NCBI RefSeq assembly: GCF_000142905.1
Contig: NW_013657676.1
Location: forward strand, 310,001 to 374,000
Length of the DNA stretch: 64,000 nucleotides
Source of the DNA: Thecamonas trahens ATCC 50062
Taxonomy: Eukaryota; Protista; Apusomonadida
Direction of reading: 5' to 3'
Shown here: positions 23,362 to 33,404 of the stretch, one piece after another
Numbering within the stretch: the first letter of the stretch is position 1
Layout of the letters: each line of letters begins with the position of its first letter
Translations under genes and position numbers: made by a program
Notes under the pieces: model-generated
Told to the model about the DNA's origin: nothing
Database searches by the model: none
The model's input: only the letters and a program-made list of their open reading frames with translations

Positions 23362-24435
23362 TCACGAGAGGTAGTTGGCGAGCCAGTTGAAGCCTGCGCC
23401 GTAGCCCTGGCGCATCTTGACCGAGCACATGAAAACCTCGATGGGTCGGACGCCGCCGAGGTCCCCGCCGTCCTGGCCCGTGGTCAGCCCAGAGAGGCCG
23501 AGCTGGAAGCGCAGCTCTTCGTCGGAGACGGCCTCCGGGATGTCGACCTTGTTGCCCAGGATGAGGAACGGCACGTCGGCCAGCTCGTCCGAGCCGAGCA
23601 GCGACTGCAGCTCGGTGGCCGACTCCTCGAACCGCCACGCGGCCGAGGCGTCGACAAGAAAGACCACGGCGTCGACGGTGGTAAAGTAGTCCTGCCACAC
23701 CCGCCGGGCCTGCGTGTGCCCGCCCAGGTCAAACGTGCGGAACTTGATGTTGCCAATGTTGAGCTCCTCCATGGTCGGGTGGATCGTCGGCTGGTGGATC
23801 GCCATGCGGTCGTCCTTGAGCATGTGCAACAGCGTCGTCTTGCCGGCATTGTCCAGGCCCAGGAACAGAATCTTGGCGCTCTTCTGGTACAGCCCTACTC
23901 ACCCCCCACACCCACCAACCCCACCGACAGCCGTATGCCCCATCCCGTACCCGTCACACACGCCCCAGCCCTCGTTCTCTGTCAGTCGTCGTCCTGCAGA
24001 ATTTTCGGCAAGCTTTGCCCCTCCGCCCGCTGCCACCTCCAAGCCCACCCGGTCGCCGCCCTGCCACGCCGCACGCCCTACCCGCCCTGCTCCACGCCCA
24101 GGCTTGAAACCACCTCCGCTTCCCCTCCCTGAACGAGACCCTTGGTCTTCTGCATGTGCCACTCTTCCCTGCCTGTCTTTTCAGAGCACGCATGCGTAGG
24201 GAGAGCGGAACGGGGAAGGGGGGGGGAGGAGGGGGGGGGTGAACCAGGAAAGGAGGAGAGCCCATCTTCGTCATTGGCGACGTGGTGGAACACTCGGCAA
24301 AAGGGGGGAGGCAAGGGGAGGGGGGGAAGGGAGGGGAGGGAGGGGGGGGGGGGGGAACAAACTCCTCCCACACCATAGCAATTACGTACCCAGGAAGGAC
24401 AGCGCCCCGTACACCCAATCCATTACAAAGGCCAT
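23362..24435 (-). CDS. SAR1: Small GTPase Sar1 (COPII); intron 23895-24389
   Basis: [16 protein letters not shown]|[48 protein letters not shown]. Confidence 0.97.
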
Positions 24436-24651
24436 GGTCTGTCTGTCTGTGTACCACGAGTGGTGTGCTCGAACTGGACCTCACCAAGCCGTCAGAGTTC
24501 TGCCACTGTCAGTCTCCGCCATTCTCCTCAGCCCATTCGTTCCCAATCGCACCAAACGTCCCCCAAACGCCCTAAACCCGCTGCTCCCCCCCCCCTCCCC
24601 CCTCCTCCACACACACACATCACACACTACCTCCAACACCCCACGCCCAGG

Positions 24652-27531
24652 ATGAGCGGCAAGCATCGCAGGCGGAAGCGGAAGCACAAGAAGGCCAGTG
24701 AGCGCAGTGGGGATGGCAAAGAGCAGGTTGGACAGTCGCCTGCGCGGGCTTCCGGTACGGCGTCGCCAGCTCGAGGCGCAGCGGCCGTTGTTGACGAAAT
24801 GGGCCCGCTCCATGCGGCAGCTGTCCGCAACGACGCCGAGCTGCTGACTACGCTGCTACGGGCGGGTACTGCCGGTGATGTTGATGCCGTTGACTCGGTC
24901 GGCTGGTCACCGCTCAACTATGCGGCATGGTACGGTGCGTCGGACGCGCTGCGCATCCTGCTAAAGGAAGGCGCCTCGCCGAGCGTGGCCGACGACGAGG
25001 GCCTCACTCCGCTGCACTGCGCCTCGCACGAGGGCCACTACGAGGCAGCCGCTGCCCTGCTTCGTGTTCCGGCAGTCGCGCGCAATGTTGACGTGCCTTC
25101 CGTCGACGGCACCACTCCGCTACACTACGCCTGCTCCCAGGGCCATACCGCAGTGGCTCGCCTCCTTCTTCGTGCAGGCGCCTCGCTCAAGACCCACTCG
25201 GAGAACGGCGGGACGGCGCTCTACTTTGCTGCTTTCCAGGGCCACGATGCTCTAGTCCACATGCTACTCGATGAGTATCCGCAAGCGGCGCGGGCGTCCA
25301 TCAACGTGCCAAACGCCAAGGGCGTCGTCGCCCTTCACGGCGCCGCCTTTAACGGCCACCGAGACGTCGTCGCTGCTCTCCTGGCCGCAGGCGCCGACCC
25401 CAACATCAAGACTGCAACCGCACATACCGCCCTCTTCTATGCCATCACCCAGGGCCACGAGCAAGTTGTCGCCCTCCTCGCTCCGGTCACCTCGGGCGAC
25501 GACTCGCCTGTCGTCACCCAGTACCTCGCCACCCGCAACGCCGCAGATGGCCCGGATCCGGACGCAACCTCGCCATCGCGCCGGCGCAAAAAGCACCGCA
25601 AGCGCTCGGCTCGCCGCAACAAGGACTCACCGTACGCGCCGCCACCCGAGCCGCCGACCGCACCGGTCCCGGCATCAGGCCCGGCGCCAACACCCAGCCA
25701 TCGCACTCCACGCAACAAGCCGCGCCCGGCGTCGGCCGCTGGGTCAGAGCCGGCTCAACCGGCGCCCACTACTTTGTCGTCCCCGCCGCCGGCCTCGCCA
25801 GCCCTCACATCGGCCACACACACGCCGAGTCATCCGCCGGCCTCGGTCGTCCTTGACATGCGCAAAGCAAGCAGCCGGCGAAACACGCCAAGCTCGGCGC
25901 GAAAGAATCCGGAAGTTGCTCCTCCGCGGGAAGCACGCAAGGCCTCGCGCCCGCCGGCCTCGCCGGTCACCCCGCAGCGGCAGACCGGCGCGGCCTCGCC
26001 GTCGTCAGGGGTCGGCACCCCCGGCCTCGGCATCGTGCCGGACATGGGCGAGACGTCCAAGCGCATGGCCTTTATGTGCGCCTCACTCAAGAAGCGCGCT
26101 CGCGAAGAGGTCCAGCGCCGTGAGCGCATGGAACAGGCCCGCCGCAGGCAAGAGGCTGCTCTCGCCCAGGCCGCTGCCCAGGCCAAGTCGTCCAAGACCG
26201 CCATGCTCCGCCACCAGGCCGCCGCCTACGAGCGCGAGCTTGCCAAGGCCCGTGAGGAGGAAGAACGACTTCGGGTCGAGCGCGAGCGCGCCCGCAAAGA
26301 GCTCCTCGCAGCCGAGGCCGCCGCTGAGGCTGAGCGTGAGGCCAAGCGCCGGGCCCGCGAGAAGCAACACGCCGAGCGGCTGGCTCAGGAGCGCGCCGCC
26401 CGTGAAGCCCGCGAGGCTCAGATTGCCGCCGACAAGGAGGCATTTTACCAGGCGAGACTCGCCGAGCTCAAAGAGGGCATCGAGGCCTCAGACCGCAATG
26501 TGTTCCAGGCCCGCGAGGCCCGGCGGACCGCGGCGCTCCAGGCCAAGAACCGCGAGGCCAAGAAGAAGGAGCTCGTCGACGAGCACCGTCGCCGGCGCGA
26601 AGCTGCGCACGCCGCAAAGCTGGCCGAGTTTGAGGCCCGTGAGGCCGAACGCGAGGCCGCGTACCAGGCCCACAAGCGTAAGCAGGCCGCCGAGGCTCGC
26701 CGCGCCGCCAACGAGCTCAACACACAAATCTCCCGAGTCCGCTCGCGGTACGACGAGCAGGAGCACCAGCGCCGGGAGGCTGCCAAGCGCCGCGACGAAG
26801 AGCGCGCCGAAGCTGCGCGCATCAAGCGCCAGCAGCAGATCGACGCCCGCCGCGCCAAGCTTCGCGAAGCTCACCGGATCGAGGAGGAGCGCGCGGCTGC
26901 TGCAGCCGCAGAGCGGGCCCGCCAGGCTGAAATCGACAGACTTTACAAGATCTCGCTTGTCGACGCCTACGAGGAGCGGGTCGGCCGCATCGAAGCCATC
27001 CAGGCCAAGCGTGCCAAGCTCCTTGCCGCCTACCGCGCCGACGAAGACGCATTCCACAAGCGCCGCCGCGAACTCATCGAGGACATGGAGACACGCCACG
27101 AGTTCTCGCTTGCAGACATGGAGGCTGCCATCGACGAGCTCGACGGCCACATGCAGGCCCAGCTCGCCGCCCGCAAGGCCGAGTTTGACCGCCTGCAGGC
27201 CGAGGCTGCCAACGCTGCCGCCGAGCACTCGCATGCCGCCGCCTCACGCACCGAGCGTCTTGCGCACCTCAAATCACTGCAGGGCAAGACACTGACCAAC
27301 ATTCGCGCCTCGAACAGCTCGCTCACCAAGGCCGGCTCGCCCGATCAGGCTCAGCCGGTGTCCCCGGTCTCTGTCTCACGCCCGGCGCCGCAGCCGTCCC
27401 CCGCCCTAGCCCCTGCCCCGGCTCCTGCCAACGCTGGCGCCGCCGACGGCGGCGACGATGCCAACGAGAACGGCAAGAAGAAGAAGAAGCGCAAGAAGCG
27501 CAAGAAGCACAAGAACAACAGCCAGTTCTGA
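24652..27531 (+). CDS. Ankyrin repeats + Pro/Ser linker + long charged coiled coil, with basic NLS-like clusters
   Basis: About 7 ankyrin repeats (SPLNYAA, TPLHCAS, TPLHYAC), an E/R/A-rich helical region, and K/R-rich tracts at both ends. Confidence 0.8.
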   Translation: MSGKHRRRKRKHKKASERSGDGKEQVGQSPARASGTASPARGAAAVVDEMGPLHAAAVRNDAELLTTLLRAGTAGDVDAVDSVGWSPLNYAAWYGASDALRILLKEGASPSVADDEGLTPLHCASHEGHYEAAAALLRVPAVARNVDVPSVDGTTPLHYACSQGHTAVARLLLRAGASLKTHSENGGTALYFAAFQGHDALVHMLLDEYPQAARASINVPNAKGVVALHGAAFNGHRDVVAALLAAGADPNIKTATAHTALFYAITQGHEQVVALLAPVTSGDDSPVVTQYLATRNAADGPDPDATSPSRRRKKHRKRSARRNKDSPYAPPPEPPTAPVPASGPAPTPSHRTPRNKPRPASAAGSEPAQPAPTTLSSPPPASPALTSATHTPSHPPASVVLDMRKASSRRNTPSSARKNPEVAPPREARKASRPPASPVTPQRQTGAASPSSGVGTPGLGIVPDMGETSKRMAFMCASLKKRAREEVQRRERMEQARRRQEAALAQAAAQAKSSKTAMLRHQAAAYERELAKAREEEERLRVERERARKELLAAEAAAEAEREAKRRAREKQHAERLAQERAAREAREAQIAADKEAFYQARLAELKEGIEASDRNVFQAREARRTAALQAKNREAKKKELVDEHRRRREAAHAAKLAEFEAREAEREAAYQAHKRKQAAEARRAANELNTQISRVRSRYDEQEHQRREAAKRRDEERAEAARIKRQQQIDARRAKLREAHRIEEERAAAAAAERARQAEIDRLYKISLVDAYEERVGRIEAIQAKRAKLLAAYRADEDAFHKRRRELIEDMETRHEFSLADMEAAIDELDGHMQAQLAARKAEFDRLQAEAANAAAEHSHAAASRTERLAHLKSLQGKTLTNIRASNSSLTKAGSPDQAQPVSPVSVSRPAPQPSPALAPAPAPANAGAADGGDDANENGKKKKKRKKRKKHKNNSQF

Positions 27532-27550
27532 GCAGACGAAGCGTCGGCCT

Positions 27551-29924
27551 TTACTTGCGCTTCGAGCGCTTCTGCTTCTTTCGGGTGAGATACTCATCAA
27601 GCGAGACGCCGTTGTTGGTCTTGCGCTTGCGCTTGCGCGGCTCGGCGCTGCCGGCGGCATACGGCTTGGGCACGTACGACGAGGTGCCGCGTGCGCCCTT
27701 GCTGCTACCAGCGGCCTCGCGTGCGCGCTGCTGGACAGCCCAGTCCTCAGGCCGGGTCTTGAACAGCCGGATGGCGGCGGTCCGCAAAATGAACTTGCCA
27801 AAGTACGACGACGAGAGGGAAACCTCGTGGTCAGCGAGCCCGCGGGCCATCAGCTCCTTGACCCGCATGCCGACCGACTTGTAAACGGTGTCGAGGACGC
27901 GCGAGCCGTACTTGTCCTGGGCCAGAGTCACCCACGATTCCTTGAACTTTTGCGCGAGCTTGCCCTTGAGGTGGCGCGGGACGGCATCCGAGGTGCAGAA
28001 CGCGTCCACGATGTGCGAGCCGGCCGCCGAGCACGCCAGCGCCACCACAAACGAGGTCGGGAGCGAGAGAAAGTCGTTTGCCACCGGGCACTCGGCATCC
28101 TTGCCGCCGATGCCACGCCACCGCATCAGCGCCTGCACCATCCGCGAGCCGAGATAGTGCACCCGCGGCGAGGCGAGCGTCGCCTCACGAGTCACGCCCT
28201 GGTCCACCGCCAGCCACGCCACCCACGACACGTGGTCGGCCTCGGGCACGCCCTCGTTGAACCGTGCACCCCAGGCAGCAAAGGCCTCGAGCACCTCAGT
28301 CTTGATTCCGTCGCTCACGGCGCCGGCGCTGCCGTCGACCCGCGCAATCATGTCAAGGAGGGCGACCACAACGCCGCCGCGGGTGTCCAGCAGTGAGACG
28401 ACCTGCGGTGCGAGCTTGCTCGCCAGCGCCGAGCTAATGGCGCCCTCGGACGGCCCGACTGCCTCCAGCAGCGACTGGACCACAAAGTTGCCCGTCGGTG
28501 ACGTCACTGCCTCGGCGAGCATCGACTGCAGCGCATCGTCCCAGAGCAGCTCCCGGATCTCGCGCGAGCCGGCCTTGAGCACCGCCTGCATCAAGTGCGA
28601 GCCAACAGGGTGCTGCACAAGCCCCGGCACGTGCTTGGCACGTGCCGCCGCCGCCGCCTCGGCATCCATTCCGCCTGCCTTGTACAGCAGAATCTTCTTG
28701 ACAATCTTGTCGCCCTCCTTCTTGGACTTGCTGTACTGCGCCTCCACAAGGTACTGCAGCATCGGTGAGCCGTATGTGTCCACGGCAAGGTTGGCAAGCT
28801 GGAACGGCGCGTCGTCAGGCGTGAGCGCCTTGACAACCTTAGACACCAGCTTACGCGCCTCGTCCGATGCCCCGTCCGCCGAGCACAGCTCCACCACCGT
28901 GCGCACCACGTGCGAACCCGACGCGTCCCGCACAACCTCGCCCATCCGCGCCGCCCACTCGTCCACCATCCCCGCCACAAGCACAAGCATCGACGTCGAC
29001 GCCTTCTCCTCGCGCATCAGAGGCGCCGCCGTCCCAGGATCAGGATCCGAGCTCGAGCCAGAGTCAGAGCCAGAGCCGGTGCTCGAGCCAGAGCCAGAGC
29101 CAGAGCCAGAACCAGAGCCAGAGCCAGAGCCAGAGCCCGACCGGCGCTTGCGCGGGCCGCGGACATCTGACTGCCATTGTGCATACAGGTCCTGGATGGA
29201 AGCACCGAACGCGTCGCCCGACGGATGGACCTTGCGCATCATAAACTCGAGCACGTGCGACGCACGTGGATCCTTGACCAGAGGCGCGGTGTGTCCACGA
29301 ATGTAGGCCATGATCGAGACTACCACCCACGCCGGCGCCACGCCCAGAATGGTCTCCAGATCCCGACAAGCAAGAGCGTCACACATGATCGACTTGGGAT
29401 TCTTCCGCACCGTCCGCATCACCTGAGCAAGCATCAGCCTCCGTTCTGTACCCCGCATACCATCCGACCCCCCTTCCGTGAGTCGTTACGCTCCTTCATC
29501 CTTCCCTCCCTGCCCTCCACTACCCTCTGTTCCCCCCCCCTCCTTGGCCCTCCTCCCCCAAAAGATGGATGCGGAAAGGATGGCGAGTGCCATCCATGGC
29601 GGTCAGAGCCAGCAACGTACGGGTGGGGTTGTTCTCAAAGAACGAGCCGTCCTGGGCGACCTTGGCCATGTACGCAAGGTACTCGCGAGTGTCTGGGTCA
29701 ATACGCCTCCGGACTCTCTCGCTGCTTGCTGCATTGGCCTCAGAGTCCGAGCTAGACGTGCTGGTCGAAGACGAGCTGCTAGCCAACGACGACGACGACA
29801 CCGCAGACGACGACGATGACGATGATGATGCCGCCACTTCCGGCTTGTTCACCGGCTCGGTATCCACAACGATCGACGCAGACGATGCAGACGATGCACC
29901 CGTCGAGCTTGAAGCCTTTGCCTC

Positions 29925-29969
<45 letters not shown>

Positions 29970-29987
29970 CGACGACGACGAAGACAT
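27551..29987 (-). CDS. NOP9: Nucleolar PUF protein NOP9; predicted GC-AG intron 29446-29590
   Basis: IDPDTREYL in exon 1; PUF-like repeats ASHVLE, GSHVVR, GSPMLQ, GSHLMQ, GNFVVQ, GSHIVD, DKYGSRVLD. Confidence 0.85.
29055..29138. repeat. (GAGCCA)n-like coding repeat (Gly-Ser tract in NOP9)
   Basis: Visible hexamer repeat. Confidence 0.85.
29926..29980. repeat. (GAC)n microsatellite encoding the N-terminal poly-Ser of NOP9
   Basis: gacgacgac run. Confidence 0.9.
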
Positions 29988-30037
29988 GGTTGGTGTCGGA
30001 GAGGAGAAGTGGCAAACTGGCTAGTCGTCCACCACCA

Positions 30038-30038
<1 letters not shown>

Positions 30039-30102
<64 letters not shown>

Positions 30103-30116
30103 TAGCCAGCCAGCCA
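30039..30116. repeat. (GCCA)n microsatellite in the NOP9/WDR53 divergent intergenic region
   Basis: About 19 near-perfect copies. Confidence 0.95.
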
Positions 30117-30150
30117 GGACGCCACTCATCTTGACACCGTTCTTTGTAAC

Positions 30151-31584
30151 ATGGCTGCAGAGTCTGGTGCGTCTGTTGTGCGCTCGGTGCGGGTAGCCAC
30201 CGAGGCGGCGGTCATGTGCTTGGCAGCTGCAGGGGGCATGGTGCTGTCGGCGGACGAGGTACTCCTTGGGCGAGCTCGCGGGCAAGGGACTNNNNNNNNN
30301 NNNNNNNNNNNNNNNNNNNNNNNNNNNNNNNNNNNNNNNNNNNNNNNNNNNNNNNNNNNNNNNNNNNNNNNNNNNNNNNNNNNNNNNNNNNCGATGGGGG
30401 GGGGGGGGAGAGAGAGAGAGATTGGCATCGGCTCACTTGTGGATGTGGTACGGGTTGGGGTGTAGGATAACGGCGTGATGCTCTGGGAGGTGGGGACCGA
30501 GATGGGGTGCGTGGGGCAGTGGCGTTGCCCGGCTGGCGGTGAGGGCGGCGAGGACGATGATGAGGTCGGCGTGCTGGCTTGGATTCCGGTCGATGATGAC
30601 GGCGGGCAAGCGATGGGAGGCGGGAAGAAGGGAGGGAAGAAGAAGAAAAAGGGTGGCAAAAAGAAGAAGGTCAAGGCTCCGCCGTCTCTGCGTCGTCCGA
30701 CCGATGCTCTGATCACCGTTGGTCGCCAGGTCATGCGGGCGGTGGGCCTAGCGCCGGGACATGATGGCGTCGACAGTGAAATCCTGCCAGTCGCCTGGTC
30801 AGTGGCACTGCTTGGTGACGATGCCGCAGGCATTTCGATCAACTCGCGCGGAAGCCGGGCTGTGATTGCCGACGATGCGGGCACGGTGACAATCTTGGAG
30901 ACCCGGACCGGTGCGCCCGTGGGCGCGCTCTCGGTGCACGGCTCGCTGGCTGGCGATGTGGCGTTTGCTCCTGCGCTTGGCGCTGCAGCCGTGGTGAGCG
31001 GCGGGTACGACTCGATTCTGGCGCTGTCGTACCTGCCGGCGAGCAAGGCTGGCAAGACCAAGCCGTTCCGGCTCGATTTTACGCCGCCAGCCTCGAGCGT
31101 CGAACTGACCCAGATGGTCAACCCGCCGTATGTGCACGCAGTTGAGGTGGTGGCGTACCTGGCGGTGGTGGCGCGCGGTGATGGAGTCGTCTCTTTTGTC
31201 AACCTCAAGACTGGCGCGGTGGTGCGCAACGTGCGCGGGCACCGGGCACGGGTGACCCAGATTGCGGTCGCCAAGCTCGAGCCGACAAGGGCTGCTGGAG
31301 TGTGGGAGGCAGTTGTGGTTTCGGCGTCGGACGACACAACGCTCCGGGTCTTTGCGCTGAGCTTGGATCTGAATGCTTCTGCTGACGCGCATGTGCTCGA
31401 CGACCCGGCTGCCGAACTTGTGCGTGACGACGCGGTGCTGGTGGTCGACCACGGGCTCAAGATCAACTGGATCGCGACATCGCCTCTGAGCAGCGGGTCC
31501 GGCCTGGAGGTGCTGGTGGCCGACACTTCATGCTCGCTCGCGCGCTACGAGCTCGCGCTCGAACTCGGATCCGGGCATGTCTAG
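30151..31584 (+). CDS. WDR53: WD40 protein, WDR53-like; intron 30259-30465 (contains a gap)
   Basis: SADE|DNGVMLWE in-phase splice; ADDAGTV, VSGGYDS, QMVNPPYVHAV, DHGLKINWI, VADTS. Confidence 0.65.
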
Positions 31585-33050
31585 CTTTTTGCTGAGCGCC
31601 GCGACTTGCGCGAGCGGCTACGGCGGCTACGGGTCTCGCTGCGCGGGGGCTCGGGCCCGGCGCCGGCGCTTGCCGCCTGCTTGGCTCCGAGCTCGGCGTC
31701 TGCAGCAACGGCGGTGGCGTCGCCGACGAGCTTCTTGAGCGCAAGGCATGCCACAAGCTTGTGCGAGTCCATGGCGAGGGTGGCGCGGTGGTAGAGCGCG
31801 TCGACAGCGGCAGCAGCTGGTGCGAGGAGCGACGGCGCGCTGCGGATGTCCGAGGCGAGGACATGGTGCAGGCAGGCGACCATGGCGTCGTGCATCTGCC
31901 GCGAGACCTTAAAGCCACAGCTGGGCCGCGAAGAGACAGGCGCCAGAGTGAGACCGGTCGCCTGGCTCGGCAGCTCGTCCTCGGCGTCGAAGAAGCTGTC
32001 CGAGTCGGACTCGGACCAAGCCGAGTCCGAGTCAAGAACCGAGCTCATAACTCGCTGTGACATGGCGTGGTCGGCGGCGGCGGCCGACGCCTGCGGCGAG
32101 GGTGGGAGGGACGGAAGGGCGGCAAAGGCAGCTGCAGCGCTGCCGGCCGCTGCTGCAGCAGTCATCTCGCAGAAAATCTCCACAGCAGAGCCCGATAGCG
32201 AGCCGGCAATGAGTGCGTCGCGGACAAGCCCAAGCGCAGTGGCGAGAACCATCGACATCGACGTCCACGTCGTTTCGGCGGTGGTGCGGAGCGGGAGGTC
32301 AACAGCAACCGGGAACGGCGCAGCGTCAGAGGCATCGACATCATCGCCTGCGGCGACGCCGGTCATGACAGCCGGATCGTGGAAGACCGATGGCCGCGAG
32401 AGAACCGGCAGCGTCATCCGCTGCGGCTCCGAGGCGCGGAGGGCGGCCTCCTTGTTGTGAATCATGAGCAAGAGCGCCTCCAGGCCGGGCAGCGCCGCAC
32501 CAGTCGCCCATCCGTGAAGATACCGCGCCACAAAGACCGGGACGAGCGGGACGACGACGGCGGCGTCGAGGGCGGCGGCGGCAGCGGCCTCCCGGGCACT
32601 GGTGCGACTGCTGCTGCTGCTCCCACCGCCACCGCCGCCGCCGCCGCTCTTACGCGATGGCGAGGCCTTACGCGGCGCGGCATCCGATGCCCGAGCCACT
32701 GTCTGAACCCATCCATACATGGCGGCACAGACCGGGTCGTCGGCGCCTCCAGCGGTCGGGTTCAGCAGCCAAACCTTGAGCGCGTCGAGCACGTCGCGGC
32801 GGCCGACGTCGGCGGCAGCTGCCGCTGCGGCGGACTTCATGGCGGTGCATGCCTTCTGCGACGGGAACGGGTGGATGGGTATGGATGAGAGGAGGAGGAG
32901 GGGAGGAGAAATAGGGAGGGCGGAGAGAGAGAAGAAGGACGGACGGATGGAGGCGTACCAGCAGGTCGTCCAGGGCGAAGCGCACGTCCTCGTCGGCACC
33001 AGCAACCAGTGCCGTAGCCAGGTCCGAGGCCAGAGAGGCGAGGGTGGACA

Positions 33051-33051
<1 letters not shown>
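31581..33051 (-). CDS. FAM126: Hyccin/FAM126 family (PI4KA complex subunit); intron 32856-32958
   Basis: LVPVFVARYL, GLEALLLMIHNKE, TLPVLSRPSVFHDP resemble hyccin core motifs. Confidence 0.72.

Positions 33052-33054
<3 letters not shown>

Positions 33055-33082
<28 letters not shown>
33055..33082. repeat. (GT)n microsatellite immediately upstream of the hyccin ATG
   Basis: gtgtgtgt run. Confidence 0.9.
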
Positions 33083-33089
<7 letters not shown>

Positions 33090-33404
33090 TGGTGGGTTGG
33101 GGTGAAGGGTTGAAGGGTGGAGATGTGGAGGGGGTGGAAGTGTGTAGGTGCGAGGGTGGGGTGCGTGGGTGTGGGTGGGGGGGGGTGGTGGTGGGGGGGN
33201 NNNNNNNNNNNNNNNNNNNNNNNNNNNNNNNNNNNNNNNNNNNNNNNNNNNNNNNNNNNNNNNNNNNNNNNNNNNNNNNNNNNNNNNNNNNNNNNNNNNG
33301 GAGGGAGGGGGGAAGGACAACACAACACAACCATGGAACCCGCACCGCCACCACCATCACCACACACACACCACATAGGCAACTAGAACTCATGCTCCTC
33401 CTAG

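Noticed and set aside
24180-24275. Box C/D-like ATGACGA...CTGA in the SAR1 intron
   Set aside because: The interior is mostly poly-C, with no terminal stem or recognisable guide.
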